Origin: Candidatus Delongbacteria bacterium
GTDB lineage: Bacteria > UBA4055
Direction of reading: 5' to 3'
Assembly: GCA_016937995.1 (NCBI GenBank)
Contig: JAFGVM010000040.1
Span: forward strand, 1-39,643
DNA length: 39,643 bases
Position numbers and translations under genes: made by a program. The notes beneath the pieces are model-generated. The model was given only the letters and a program-made list of their open reading frames with translations. It was not told the origin of the DNA and ran no database searches. This document shows positions 18,450-28,224 of the stretch, piece by piece. Position 1 is the first letter of the stretch; each line of letters starts with the position of its first letter.

Positions 18450-19171
18450 TAAGAATTCTAATACTGGTCTTTGTTTTAGTTAACGTTGTTTTCAGTCAAT
18501 TTTCAATAGATGCTGAAAGTGGAGTTGCAGGAACTACTTATAACGACATCAGAATTCCTGGAGACACAGGAACTTCATTCTCACTGACAGATGATCTAAA
18601 GGATGAAAGCTTTATATTTTTCAGAGGCAGGTTAAATTATACTTTTGCAAAGAAGCACACACTATCTCTTCTTTATGCCCCATTGAAAATTGAATCTCAC
18701 GGAACTTTAAATGATTCTATCATTTACAGAGATGAAGTATTCATTGCAGGAGAACCCATTGAATCAGTATACCAATTCAATTCATATAGATTAACATACA
18801 GATACATGTGGATACAAAAGGATAAATTCGATTTCGGCATTGGTTTTACTGCAAAGATAAGAGATGCTTACATTAAACTGGAGAACGATGACACTAAAGC
18901 CGGGAAAGAAAATATTGGTTTTGTGCCTATTATAAATTTCTGGTTCGATTACAGGTTCAATGACAGACTTTCTTTCTTGATCGAAGGTGATGCTCTGGCA
19001 GCCCCACAAGGAAGAGCTGAAGATGTTCTCACAGCTTTAACATATAATATTTCTGAAAAGTATAAATTTAAGGCGGGATACAGAATACTTGAGGGCGGAG
19101 CCGATAATGACGAAGTTTATACATTTTCATTGATAAATTACTTCGTAATGGGATTCATTGCGGAATTCTAA
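18446..19171 (+). CDS. Putative outer-membrane beta-barrel protein
   Basis: Signal peptide, alternating aromatic strands (SYRLTYRY, FWFDYRF) and a C-terminal Phe; ATGA overlap with the upstream gene. Confidence 0.7.
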   Translation: MIRILILVFVLVNVVFSQFSIDAESGVAGTTYNDIRIPGDTGTSFSLTDDLKDESFIFFRGRLNYTFAKKHTLSLLYAPLKIESHGTLNDSIIYRDEVFIAGEPIESVYQFNSYRLTYRYMWIQKDKFDFGIGFTAKIRDAYIKLENDDTKAGKENIGFVPIINFWFDYRFNDRLSFLIEGDALAAPQGRAEDVLTALTYNISEKYKFKAGYRILEGGADNDEVYTFSLINYFVMGFIAEF

Positions 19172-20175
19172 TAACCCTCATCAGTATTTACAATATTCTT
19201 AAAATCGGTTCTCCCGGCGGAGAACCTTTTTATATTCTCAATAACTTCACTCCAGCGTTTCAAGTCACTGAATGGTGATGCGGCACGATGAGGAGAAAGA
19301 AGAACATTTTCAAGTTCATTGAACGGGAAGTTGAATGGATACCTCTTCCCTGCTTCATCAGGTTCACATTGATAATCATACCAGACATCAATTGCTGCAG
19401 CTGAGATCTGCTTTTCTTTTAAAGCTTCATAAAGGGCTTTCTCCTCGATAACAGGGCCACGACCGACATTCACTATAATTCCTTCTTTACCAAGCAATTC
19501 AAGCTCTTTCTGACCTATTATACCGGTCGTCTTCTCTGTCAATGGAACTGCAGTTATTAAAATATCAATATCAGTTAGAAATTTATTAAGATCTCTATAC
19601 TCTGTGATCTCTGAAGGATATTCGTATCTTTTTTCTTCAGTCCTTTTTAAAACTGAGAATTGAATATCAAAACCGGAAAGAAATTTGTGAACATTATGAT
19701 TCACATGCCCGTAGCCTAAAAATCCTACATTCCTGTCTCTTAGCGGAATGGATGCAGCTTCACTGTCTCCAAGTCTCCATTTACCGTCCACCATTGCATT
19801 GTGATGAAAATTAACTTTATTCATCAATGATAAAAGTATAGCTACAGTATGCTGAGCTGTGAAATAAGCATTTCCATGTCCGTTAGCTACTGTGATATTC
19901 TGTTCCTTGAAAATATCTATAAAAACTTTAAGATGCTGTACACCTGCACCGGGATTTATAAACAGAGAAAGCCTCTTTGCTTTGCTCAGCAGGTCATCTG
20001 TTGGTCTCCAACCTACCAGAATGTCCATTTCAGGTATAATATCTTCGATCTCACTTTCACTGAGTTCATCTTTAAAATAAAGTTCTGTTTCAATACCGTA
20101 AAGCCCTGACCTTAAAAAGTCTTTCAGATCTGCTCCTGCTTCCCACATAAAATATACTTTAGGTACGATCATCAA
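19168..20175 (-). CDS. D-isomer-specific 2-hydroxyacid dehydrogenase
   Basis: GFLGYGHV, VPLTEKTTGII, VNVGRG, AAIDVW, LLSPHRA. Confidence 0.9.
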   Translation of the reverse strand: MMIVPKVYFMWEAGADLKDFLRSGLYGIETELYFKDELSESEIEDIIPEMDILVGWRPTDDLLSKAKRLSLFINPGAGVQHLKVFIDIFKEQNITVANGHGNAYFTAQHTVAILLSLMNKVNFHHNAMVDGKWRLGDSEAASIPLRDRNVGFLGYGHVNHNVHKFLSGFDIQFSVLKRTEEKRYEYPSEITEYRDLNKFLTDIDILITAVPLTEKTTGIIGQKELELLGKEGIIVNVGRGPVIEEKALYEALKEKQISAAAIDVWYDYQCEPDEAGKRYPFNFPFNELENVLLSPHRAASPFSDLKRWSEVIENIKRFSAGRTDFKNIVNTDEGY

Positions 20176-20418
20176 CTATCCAATTATTAATAATGAAATG
20201 TAAGGTATCAGGTTGAAGACCAGAAACAAGATCTTGAAATAGGCAATGAACTTGTAAAATATCACAGTAAACTGTTCCTCAGGTATAGGAAAGAACTTGC
20301 TTTGAGTTTTGTAAACTAACTTTGGAGCGAACCAGAATATCAACGACCACAACGTTAAAAGCCCTCCATTGATAATTGAACACCACATGAAAAATTCTGT
20401 CAGCATTTCGATATTCAT
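20176..20418 (-). CDS. Small membrane protein (DUF6868-like)
   Basis: FFMWCSIINGGLL...FNLIPYISL pattern; AGGAGG RBS. Confidence 0.75.
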   Translation of the reverse strand: MNIEMLTEFFMWCSIINGGLLTLWSLIFWFAPKLVYKTQSKFFPIPEEQFTVIFYKFIAYFKILFLVFNLIPYISLLIIG

Positions 20419-20503
20419 GATATCCTCCTGTAAAAGAATTATTTTCGTATATTCAAATTAACACAAATCAGGCTTAAATGCAATGATATTTGTTTTCAAA
20501 ATC

Positions 20504-20530
20504 AAAAAGACGCGAATTATCGCGTCTTTT
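20504..20530. terminator. Rho-independent terminator
   Basis: aaaaagacgcga-atta-tcgcgtctttt. Confidence 0.75.
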
Positions 20531-20551
20531 CTGTATCTATAGCAGACCTAA

Positions 20552-21421
20552 TTACTTCGAGTTATCAGCTGTCACATAATAGAAATATTTATTACCTGCA
20601 GATACTCCTGTATCAGTAAAACTATTCGTAGCTGAAGTAGCAACTTGAGTAAAAGTTCCGTATGGATCTGTTGACCTGTATATATGATATCCAGTTGCTC
20701 CCGCAGCAACATTCCATGAAAGCTCACACTGAGATGAAGTTACATTTACAGTAATAAGATTCTGTGGAACAGCTAATGGGATACCACCTGAAATGACAAT
20801 ATTATCAATTGCAAATACTTCCTGACTGCTGCTGTTATAAATATTAAATCTGAGTTTTAAAGTATTTCCGGAAGTAGGAATATTATAAAGGAACTGCCTT
20901 AAGCTGTCATCCAGAGCTACTCCGTCACCAACTCCATTTAAGTTGGAATCTTCTGATATTATACTCTCTTCAGAAGTACTGTTCCCTGTAAATTGAAGAA
21001 ATTTAGTCCAGTCTACTCCATTAAAACTATATTCACCAATAACATAATCACTACCAAAGTTACTGGCAATTGATTCATATTCATTCGCTGGCTTAGCACC
21101 CACACTCAAGATCACATCAACAGCATCTAATCCGGAAACATTTATGTCAACGATGTTCAGTGTGGCAGCGGAATCTATACCTGTCTGCCCATGAATATCT
21201 CTTCCTGCCAAATAATAAGTGCCTTGAATACCTTTGAAATCGATGTGTTCTGCTTCAGGGTCTCCGTTAAAACTTCTAGTTATATAATCTTCCGTTGAAA
21301 ATATTCCACCGTTTGAAATGGTATAATTTTGATCTTGAGTCTCAAAATCAACTGATAGTATCGTTTGTGCATAGGACGTAATAGAAAACGTAAATATCAA
21401 AAAATAAATTATATTTTTCAT
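20552..21421 (-). CDS. Secreted protein with C-terminal fibronectin type III-like module
   Basis: Signal peptide; C-terminal PQNL...LSWN..AGATGYHIYRS...FTD...YFYYVTA. Confidence 0.8.
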   Translation of the reverse strand: MKNIIYFLIFTFSITSYAQTILSVDFETQDQNYTISNGGIFSTEDYITRSFNGDPEAEHIDFKGIQGTYYLAGRDIHGQTGIDSAATLNIVDINVSGLDAVDVILSVGAKPANEYESIASNFGSDYVIGEYSFNGVDWTKFLQFTGNSTSEESIISEDSNLNGVGDGVALDDSLRQFLYNIPTSGNTLKLRFNIYNSSSQEVFAIDNIVISGGIPLAVPQNLITVNVTSSQCELSWNVAAGATGYHIYRSTDPYGTFTQVATSATNSFTDTGVSAGNKYFYYVTADNSK

Positions 21422-21441
21422 AATGTTCCTTAAATTTAATT

Positions 21442-22097
21442 TTACTTTTTCTCTTCTTTACTTCTAGGTGGGTATAATCCTTCTACGCAAATACAGTATC
21501 TGATAGTCAAAAAAGGCTGCATATTTTCATGTGGAGTATTACCACCTGATGCATCAGTAATGAAAGTTCCTGATGTCTGAACAGTACCACTTTTCATTGG
21601 TGTAGTAGCAGAATTAGTTGAGTATACATCTATCTCTGCCCTTGAGGGTGAATTTCCACTTGGAGAATCATCATTTGCCGTACCTGTATCACACATTATA
21701 GTTCCTGTTGAGGTTACTGATCCAGTGTGAGTATGAGAGGGTATCTGAGTTGTGGCCAAATTAACAGTCTCATAACCACCCTGTTGCCCATATTTCTTGG
21801 TGATGTAGAAGATCCATCACCATATCCTATTGGTGCTCTTCCCCTTAAGTCAGGCAATGCAAATGTAGTAATACCATCTCCACCAAACTGATTCGTGATT
21901 ACAGAAAAAAGGGTTTCATTACCTGATATTGGTAACAAACTACCATCACAATCCATATAATCCCTGGGAGCGAAATTACCAGCAAATAGTATTATCTCCC
22001 CAATATAATCACCATCACCTTTAACTTCATTTTCTTCCTGTGCAAACATTGTTCCAATGAACAAGCATAATAAAACAGCTACGATCATTTTTTTCAT
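21442..22097 (-). pseudogene. Phage tail-collar domain (microcystin-dependent protein-like) gene with signal peptide, split by a 1-nt frameshift
   Basis: IGEIILFAGNFAP..CDGSLL..LFSVI..FGGDG.TTFALPDLRGR in 21714-22097 and IPSHTH...PHENMQPFL.I.YCI...GLYP in 21442-21759. Adding one base at the ccc run (21787-21789) gives MGQQGGYETVNLATTQIPSH. Confidence 0.85.
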
Positions 22098-22165
22098 AAT
22101 TCCTCCTAAATAATTTTAAATTTTTTTTATAACATAACCCAATTCATATTACTAAGCAATATGAA

Positions 22166-23452
22166 TTAAATTTCAAAGAATATCTTTGCAAATATCAATG
22201 ATGCTGTTATCCCTGCGAGATCAGCCAGTAATGCTGCTTTGATCACATGCCTTGTTTTCACGATCCCAACTGCACCGAAATATACCGCTACAACATAAAA
22301 TGTTGTCTCTGTAGATCCCTGCATAATTGAAGCCAGATATGATGAGAAACTGTTAGGATCATTATTAATTATTTCAGACATTATACCAAATGAGCCACTA
22401 CCCGAAAGCGGTCTTATGATAGCTAAAGGAAGAACATCAGCAGGCATTCCGATAAAATCAGTTACAGGACTTATTACCATAGCAAAAATATCCAGAGCAC
22501 CAGAAGATCTGAACATACCTATTGCAACGAAGATAGCTACCATGAACGGAATTATCCTTACAGCAGTGTTAAAACCCTCTTTTGCCCCGTCGGTAAGAAC
22601 TTCATATACCTTCACATTTTTGATATAGCCTACCAGCAGGAATACTGCTATCAGCAACGGCACCAGCCAGTTCGAGAATCCTTTAAAGAAAGTGTCGAAA
22701 GTAATTGTCTCGACCTTGGTCATATTTATCGCAATAGAAACAGCTATCAGTACAGAGAAAATAACAAAGATGATCACTTTATAAAGCTGAGATCTGTCCT
22801 TAGGTTCTTTGACCTCTTCTGATGTTTCTTTTACTGGTTCAGCTTTTACGTTCTCAACATTAGACTTATCTGAGAAGAATTTACAGGCAAGGATCGCAAC
22901 CGTTGTCGAAACTATAGTTGCCAGTATAGCAGGTATTATGATATTAGCTGGAGAATCTGCACCGGCAACGGCCCTGATAGTTATCACACCGAGAGGAAGT
23001 ATAGTTACACTTGAGGTATTTATAGCAAGAAAAAGTACCATAGAATCAGTTGCTGTACCTTTCTTAGGATTGATCTCATCAAGCTCTTTCATTGCTTTGA
23101 TACCTATCGGTGTTGCTGCATTACCAAGACCAAGCATATTAGCCGAAACATTCATTATTATAGCTGAAAGTGCTGCATGACCTTCCGGGATGTGGGGAAA
23201 TAATCTTTTCATTACTGGATAGATAAGTTTTGATATAAAATTCAGAGCACCAGCAGCCTCAAGCACCTTCATAAGTCCAAGCCATAAAGCCATTGCACCT
23301 ATCAAACCGATCGCAAGTGTTACAGCTGATTTTGCAGAATCGAAACTTGCTTTCGTTATCTCTTCCATATGACCCGTATAAGCTGCTACCACAACTGAGA
23401 TCAGGATCATACCGAGCCATATAGTATTTATCGGTGATGTCTTTTCTTTCAT
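22166..23452 (-). CDS. Fused SpmA/SpmB spore maturation-like membrane protein (nucleoside recognition gate)
   Basis: SANMLGLGNAATPIGIKAM and LAINTSSV (SpmA); GAKEGF, RPLSGSG and GSTETTFYV (SpmB). Confidence 0.9.
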   Translation of the reverse strand: MKEKTSPINTIWLGMILISVVVAAYTGHMEEITKASFDSAKSAVTLAIGLIGAMALWLGLMKVLEAAGALNFISKLIYPVMKRLFPHIPEGHAALSAIIMNVSANMLGLGNAATPIGIKAMKELDEINPKKGTATDSMVLFLAINTSSVTILPLGVITIRAVAGADSPANIIIPAILATIVSTTVAILACKFFSDKSNVENVKAEPVKETSEEVKEPKDRSQLYKVIIFVIFSVLIAVSIAINMTKVETITFDTFFKGFSNWLVPLLIAVFLLVGYIKNVKVYEVLTDGAKEGFNTAVRIIPFMVAIFVAIGMFRSSGALDIFAMVISPVTDFIGMPADVLPLAIIRPLSGSGSFGIMSEIINNDPNSFSSYLASIMQGSTETTFYVVAVYFGAVGIVKTRHVIKAALLADLAGITASLIFAKIFFEI

Positions 23453-23500
23453 GTTTTATTTCCTTATTTTTTTGGGACATGTTGTTGAACCCTAGACCCC

Positions 23501-23570
23501 TGTCATCCTCGGACAATATCCGGGGATCCATTTTTTTTTGTGGATATCCGTGTCATGCACGAATATGACA
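23501..23570. repeat. REP/MITE-like double palindrome
   Basis: tgtcatcctcggacaatatccggggatcca...tggatatccgtgtcatgcacgaatatgaca; homolog of 6868-6933. Confidence 0.8.
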
Positions 23571-23587
23571 TTAATAATTCATTTCCA

Positions 23588-24184
23588 TTACAGAAACATT
23601 GTGACCATGAACGGTACTATGATCGTAAGCACTGTTCCGCTGAATACAGAAATCACAGCGAATTCTTTACCTGAGTAACGGGTTATGATCGGTAATGTCG
23701 TATCCATTGATGTTGCACCACCGGAAGCTATAGGTGCAAGCTTACCGAAATATTTCACCAGTACCGGTGAAGCGACCAGAGTAATTATCTCTCTGATTAT
23801 ATTTGAAAGTAAAGCTATTACTCCCAGCACTTCCCCGCTGATCTTTGTGATATAAATACTTGAAAGACTGTAATAACCGAATCCTGATCCGATCGCCAGA
23901 CATTCATTCAAAGTTATATCTTCGAACAGTACTGAAACTGCTGCAACTCCAAGAAGTGTTCCAACTATCACAGCAAGAGGTACAAATAATATTTTTACAT
24001 GTAGTTTTTTAATAATTCTGAATACTTTCAGATCACAGCCTATGCTTATACCAATCAAAAAGAGAAGAAAATGTAATGCATAAGTGCTTAGATCATCACT
24101 CACAAAGATGATACTTTCATCTATGAAATATCCAAGGAAAATACCCAAAGCAAAAAATATTACAATGATAATACTACTTTTCAT
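23588..24184 (-). CDS. LysO / DUF340 family exporter (large subunit)
   Basis: GSGFGYYSLS, SNIIREI, GGATSMDTTLP. Confidence 0.88.
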   Translation of the reverse strand: MKSSIIIVIFFALGIFLGYFIDESIIFVSDDLSTYALHFLLFLIGISIGCDLKVFRIIKKLHVKILFVPLAVIVGTLLGVAAVSVLFEDITLNECLAIGSGFGYYSLSSIYITKISGEVLGVIALLSNIIREIITLVASPVLVKYFGKLAPIASGGATSMDTTLPIITRYSGKEFAVISVFSGTVLTIIVPFMVTMFL

Positions 24185-24461
24185 CTGCTTTGATATCCTT
24201 GAAGAATAATTTATAGACTATGAAAGAAACTATCGCTGATCCCAGAATTGCTGCTACACTGAGTATCAATGCCTGTAATCCGAGATTATGAAGATTCCTG
24301 ATTATTACTGGATCTTTCCCTACGGAAAATCCAAGAAGAAATAATAAAGCAAGAACAGAGAAGAAAGTGATCTTATCAAGATGTTTTAAGAAATTTTTCT
24401 TTTCTCTTATTATGTAGCCCAGCAGGCTACCCAGTATTAGACATATAAGAACTGTGTTCAT
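24174..24461 (-). CDS. LysO family transporter, small N-terminal partner
   Basis: LLFLLGFSVG...NLHNLGLQAL; overlaps the partner gene. Confidence 0.8.
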   Translation of the reverse strand: MNTVLICLILGSLLGYIIREKKNFLKHLDKITFFSVLALLFLLGFSVGKDPVIIRNLHNLGLQALILSVAAILGSAIVSFIVYKLFFKDIKADEK

Positions 24462-24495
24462 TTGCAGGTTACAGGTTATAGGTTATAGTTCGTTT

Positions 24496-24570
24496 GTCAT
24501 AGCGAGGAATATAATGACGAAGCAATCTAAACTTCTCTAAGATTGCCACACACATTGTGTTCGCAATGAC
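24496..24570. repeat. REP-like inverted pair, GTCAT.GCG...GCAATCT family
   Basis: gtcatagcgaggaatataatgacgaagcaatct and agattgccacacacattgtgttcgcaatgac; preceded by (caggtta)-type heptamers at 24466-24490. Confidence 0.75.
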
Positions 24571-24585
24571 CTTATTACTCTGTGG

Positions 24586-26361
24586 TTATATCTTCTTCGT
24601 CTTCTTCTTCAACCAATTTTTCTCAGCAGTTGAAAGATGCTTTTCTAATGTTTTATAAACCATTCCATGATATTTATTCAGCCAGTCGATCTCAGCTTTA
24701 TCCATCAGTGTCATATCAATTGGTTTTGTATCTATCGGTACATAAGTAATACTTTCATGACCGTAGAATTCACCTGATTCAGTCACTTTAACTGATTTGG
24801 TCAGGTACATATTCTCAATTCTGATACCGTGCTTATCCTTCTTGTAGATCCCAGGTTCAACGGTCGTTATCATTCCCGGTTGTAAAGCTACTTTGGACGG
24901 CCACTGACTGAAGCTTTGAGGTCCTTCATGAACATTTATAAATGCACCTACTCCGTGTCCCGTACCGCATTTATAATCATATAGATCATTCCATATAGGC
25001 TGTCTTGCTAGCACATCCAATGCCTGACCGGTCGTTCCTTTCAGAAAGAGTGTTCTTGCAAGGTTTATATGCCCTTTAAGGACTAGAGTGTAGTCTTTCT
25101 TTTCTTCTGCTGAAAGTTTTCCGACAGCATAAGTTCTCGTAGTATCAGTGGTTCCTTCGTAGTAGTTTCCACCGGTATCTACAAGCAGAAATCCTTCCGG
25201 TTTGATCGTAGCCTGTGTTTTTTTCTGAAGAGCATAATGCATTAATGCTGCATTAGCTTTGTACGCTGAAATAGTGTTGAAGCTGTTATCAAAAAATCCT
25301 TTCTGTTCTTTTCTAAGTTCAGTGATCTTTTCTGCAATATCAAGTTCCTTTAATTTTTTGTTTAGATTCTTCTCAAACCACATTTGAAATTTTACAAGTA
25401 CAACACCTTCTTTGACCATTGCTTTCTTCATGTTCTTAATTTCGATTTTATCCTTAATGCTTTTCATTAAAGGTATAGGATCTGCTTTCTCAATGATCTC
25501 AGCTTTATCTGAAATAGAAATGAATACATCTTTACTTATTCTTCCCTGATCAAGAAGAACTTTAGAACCTTTTTTTAGCTTAGACAGGAATGAGTTAATA
25601 TCATTATAATCTTTAATTTTAACTTTATTAGCTTTGAAATATTCTGTAGTAGCTTTGGTAAGTTTCTTCTTATCTACGAAATAATAAACATCCTTATCTG
25701 AGATTATCAAATGTGAAATTACTACCGGAGAATAAGGTATATCATCTCCTCTGACATTTAAAATCCATGCTATATTATCCAAAGCTGATTCTATGAAATA
25801 ATTACAATTCTCAGCTATCATTTTCTCTCTGATATTTGATATTTTCTCAGACATACTTGTACCTGTATACTTATCCTGAAGAAATAACTTCTCACAAGGG
25901 ATCGCAGGTCTGTCCTTCCAGATCTTATCTACGAGATCTTCTGTTCTGAACTCAACAGAGAGATCTTTCATGTCTTTTTCAATAGATCTGGTCGTAGCAA
26001 TAGACACAACTTTACCATCTACTCCGATCGTGATCTTTTTCTTATTCTTAAATTGTTCTTTCATCCAATCAATTGGTGTTTTAGCATTTGGAAAATTTGT
26101 AATAATAAAATCTATGGAACTTCCTTTCAGCTGCTTTTCCACCTGAATATCATATCTTCCGTCAGTGAAAACACAGGCTTTCTTCTGAGTCAGCATGACA
26201 CTTCCTGCGGAACCTGTAAAACCTGACATCCATGCTCTTGATTGCCATCTCTCAGCTACATATTCACTCTGATGTGGATCCGAACTTGGAATACAGTAAA
26301 CATCTACCTTATTCTTTTTCATCAGATCTCTTAATACTTTCAATTTATCGTTTGTCTTCAT
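24586..26361 (-). CDS. Aminopeptidase P (M24B Xaa-Pro aminopeptidase)
   Basis: DPHQSEY, GFTGSAG, TDGRY, DTGGNY..GTTDTTRT, GTGHGVG..VHEGPQ, EPGIY, GIRIEN. Confidence 0.94.
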   Translation of the reverse strand: MKTNDKLKVLRDLMKKNKVDVYCIPSSDPHQSEYVAERWQSRAWMSGFTGSAGSVMLTQKKACVFTDGRYDIQVEKQLKGSSIDFIITNFPNAKTPIDWMKEQFKNKKKITIGVDGKVVSIATTRSIEKDMKDLSVEFRTEDLVDKIWKDRPAIPCEKLFLQDKYTGTSMSEKISNIREKMIAENCNYFIESALDNIAWILNVRGDDIPYSPVVISHLIISDKDVYYFVDKKKLTKATTEYFKANKVKIKDYNDINSFLSKLKKGSKVLLDQGRISKDVFISISDKAEIIEKADPIPLMKSIKDKIEIKNMKKAMVKEGVVLVKFQMWFEKNLNKKLKELDIAEKITELRKEQKGFFDNSFNTISAYKANAALMHYALQKKTQATIKPEGFLLVDTGGNYYEGTTDTTRTYAVGKLSAEEKKDYTLVLKGHINLARTLFLKGTTGQALDVLARQPIWNDLYDYKCGTGHGVGAFINVHEGPQSFSQWPSKVALQPGMITTVEPGIYKKDKHGIRIENMYLTKSVKVTESGEFYGHESITYVPIDTKPIDMTLMDKAEIDWLNKYHGMVYKTLEKHLSTAEKNWLKKKTKKI

Positions 26362-26397
26362 ATTTGTTTTCCTCTAAGTTGTTAAATCATTCCAGCT

Positions 26398-26481
26398 GTC
26401 ATCCTTCCCGATTCATCGGGAGGGATCCTTTTATCCCACAGGTTGAAACCTGCGGTTAGGGGTGTTATATCCCGTTGGGAT
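26398..26481 (-). repeat. ~85-bp composite palindromic element, copy 2
   Basis: Reverse-complement homolog of 13885-13971. Confidence 0.85.
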
Positions 26482-26506
26482 AGCGTTTTAGAATTCCCCT
26501 TGGAGA

Positions 26507-26654
26507 TTGGACATTCCTTGTTGGTTGTTGGATACTCAGGGACATAATAAATTACGCCCCTACATTATCAATTGCCCATTGAAGAAAAGTCTTAGTCTTC
26601 GATTAACTCAGACTGACTTTTCACCTCATACCTTATACTTCATACCTCATACCT
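26507..26654. repeat. Further REP-like palindromes and a heptamer tract
   Basis: ttggacattcc...agggacataataaattacgcccctac (26507-26563), gtcttcgattaactcagactgac (26595-26617), and about four (cctcata)-type heptamers (26624-26654). Confidence 0.65.
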
Positions 26655-27483
26655 AAATGGGAACTGGAACCCAGTTACCATCTTTTATTATCATTTTCTC
26701 TGTATAACCACATTCTTTTAATATCTTTGATACATTCTCGAATTTGCCGTCAATATGTTCAGGCCTGTGTGCGTCTGAATTCAATACTACCGGGATCTTC
26801 AGCTTTGCAGCTTCTTTTAAAGCCCAGGGACTAGGATATGGTACAGTCATAAACCCTCTGGTAATTCCACCGGTATTTACATCAAGCATTGTTCCCTTGT
26901 CTGAGATGAATCTAAAAACACGCATTATCTCTTCCCTGTACCTGGGATCAGACTCAGAAAAATACATCTCATTGAAATTATTTATCTTTATCAGATCAAA
27001 GTGACCGATGATATCCGGTTTGAATTTATCAACCATATCAATGATCCTGTCACAGAATTCTTTCACGAAAGCTTTGACATCACCTTTGAAAAATTCATGA
27101 ATTGTTCTGTGAAAATCCTCCGGCTTACAATCTATACCGAAGATATTACCTTCTTTATCAGGAAAGTAATGAATTGATCCTATAACATAGTCCAGATCGT
27201 ACTTTGAAAATGAATTTTCTTCGAGACCGGTATAATAATCAAGTTCCATACCGATATAAATTTCGATCTTATCTTTATATTTATCCTTCAGTCTGTTTAT
27301 TTCTGCGAAGTATTCATCAACTTTATTTTCAGGAAGTTCCCAGTGTTTATTAAATGGTGTTGGTCCATGTTCTGAAAAACCGATAGACTTAAAACCCTTT
27401 TCTATAGCTATGAGAACATACTCTTCAGGAAAAGCTGTTCCGTCACTGAATGAACTGTGCATGTGGTAATTTGTTAAGATCAT
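26653..27483 (-). CDS. PHP-family histidinol-phosphatase (HisJ-like)
   Basis: NYHMHSSFSDG, GFSEH, GMELD, IGSIH, GHFDLI, NSDAH. Confidence 0.88.
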   Translation of the reverse strand: MILTNYHMHSSFSDGTAFPEEYVLIAIEKGFKSIGFSEHGPTPFNKHWELPENKVDEYFAEINRLKDKYKDKIEIYIGMELDYYTGLEENSFSKYDLDYVIGSIHYFPDKEGNIFGIDCKPEDFHRTIHEFFKGDVKAFVKEFCDRIIDMVDKFKPDIIGHFDLIKINNFNEMYFSESDPRYREEIMRVFRFISDKGTMLDVNTGGITRGFMTVPYPSPWALKEAAKLKIPVVLNSDAHRPEHIDGKFENVSKILKECGYTEKMIIKDGNWVPVPI

Positions 27484-27995
27484 CTGCAGTTCTGTGGTAC
27501 CATTTTAAGTTTAGAAGTATCAAAACCGTTCTCTTGAGCGATCTTTACAAGCTTGTCATATATTTTATCATCCAGCTTTTCAAGTCTGCTCAATATCCAT
27601 AAATATTCTCTGTTCGGAGCACCGACAAGAACATACTGATAGTTATCGTCCAGATGGATAATGTAATAATCTCCTGCGAAAGGCCAGAAGAAAGATACTT
27701 TTAATCTACCGGGATATTTTTCGTCAGGAACCCATGCTACTCCTTCTGCTTTTTTACCGGAAAGATCAGATTCTTTAACACCTTTGTTGACTACTGTTAT
27801 CTTACCATCTTCCCTGAGTGTATAATTTGCTGTCACACATTTCAAACCTTTTTCAAAACTGTGATCGAACCTTGCTATCTCGCACCATAGACCAGAATAT
27901 TTATCAAGATCAACATTATCGACGGTCTTTAGAAATTTATTGGATGAACAGGACGCTAAAATAAATCCTAAAAACATACATATATATTTTTTCAT
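27480..27995 (-). CDS. blc: Bacterial lipocalin lipoprotein
   Basis: Lipobox LASC; DLDKYSGLWCEIAR, LKVSFFWPFAGDY, YLWILSR. Confidence 0.9.
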   Translation of the reverse strand: MKKYICMFLGFILASCSSNKFLKTVDNVDLDKYSGLWCEIARFDHSFEKGLKCVTANYTLREDGKITVVNKGVKESDLSGKKAEGVAWVPDEKYPGRLKVSFFWPFAGDYYIIHLDDNYQYVLVGAPNREYLWILSRLEKLDDKIYDKLVKIAQENGFDTSKLKMVPQNCR

Positions 27996-28097
27996 AACAG
28001 TTCCTCAATTAAGATTTAAATAAATATATGTATAGTATGTGTGATTATCAAATGAATATAGAAATAAAAATGGAAAGCATTTTGCGATCCATACGAT

Positions 28098-28207
28098 TGT
28101 CATACTCGTGCTTGACACGGGTATCCATATGTAATCTAAAACCTGTCATCCTGAATTCATTTCAGGATCTTTTTAAAAGTGGGGACGAAAAGAAATCGTC
28201 CCCTACA
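28098..28207. repeat. Cluster of three REP-like palindromes
   Basis: tgtcatactcgtgcttgacacgggtatcca (28098), tgtcatcctgaattcatttcaggatct (28144), and 28172-28207 (copy of 1329-1364). Confidence 0.8.
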
Positions 28208-28224
28208 GTTTTTCAATTCTACAT

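Noticed and set aside
21442-22097. Prophage inferred from the tail-collar domain
   Set aside because: No integrase, capsid, terminase or other phage genes nearby, and the protein has a signal peptide.
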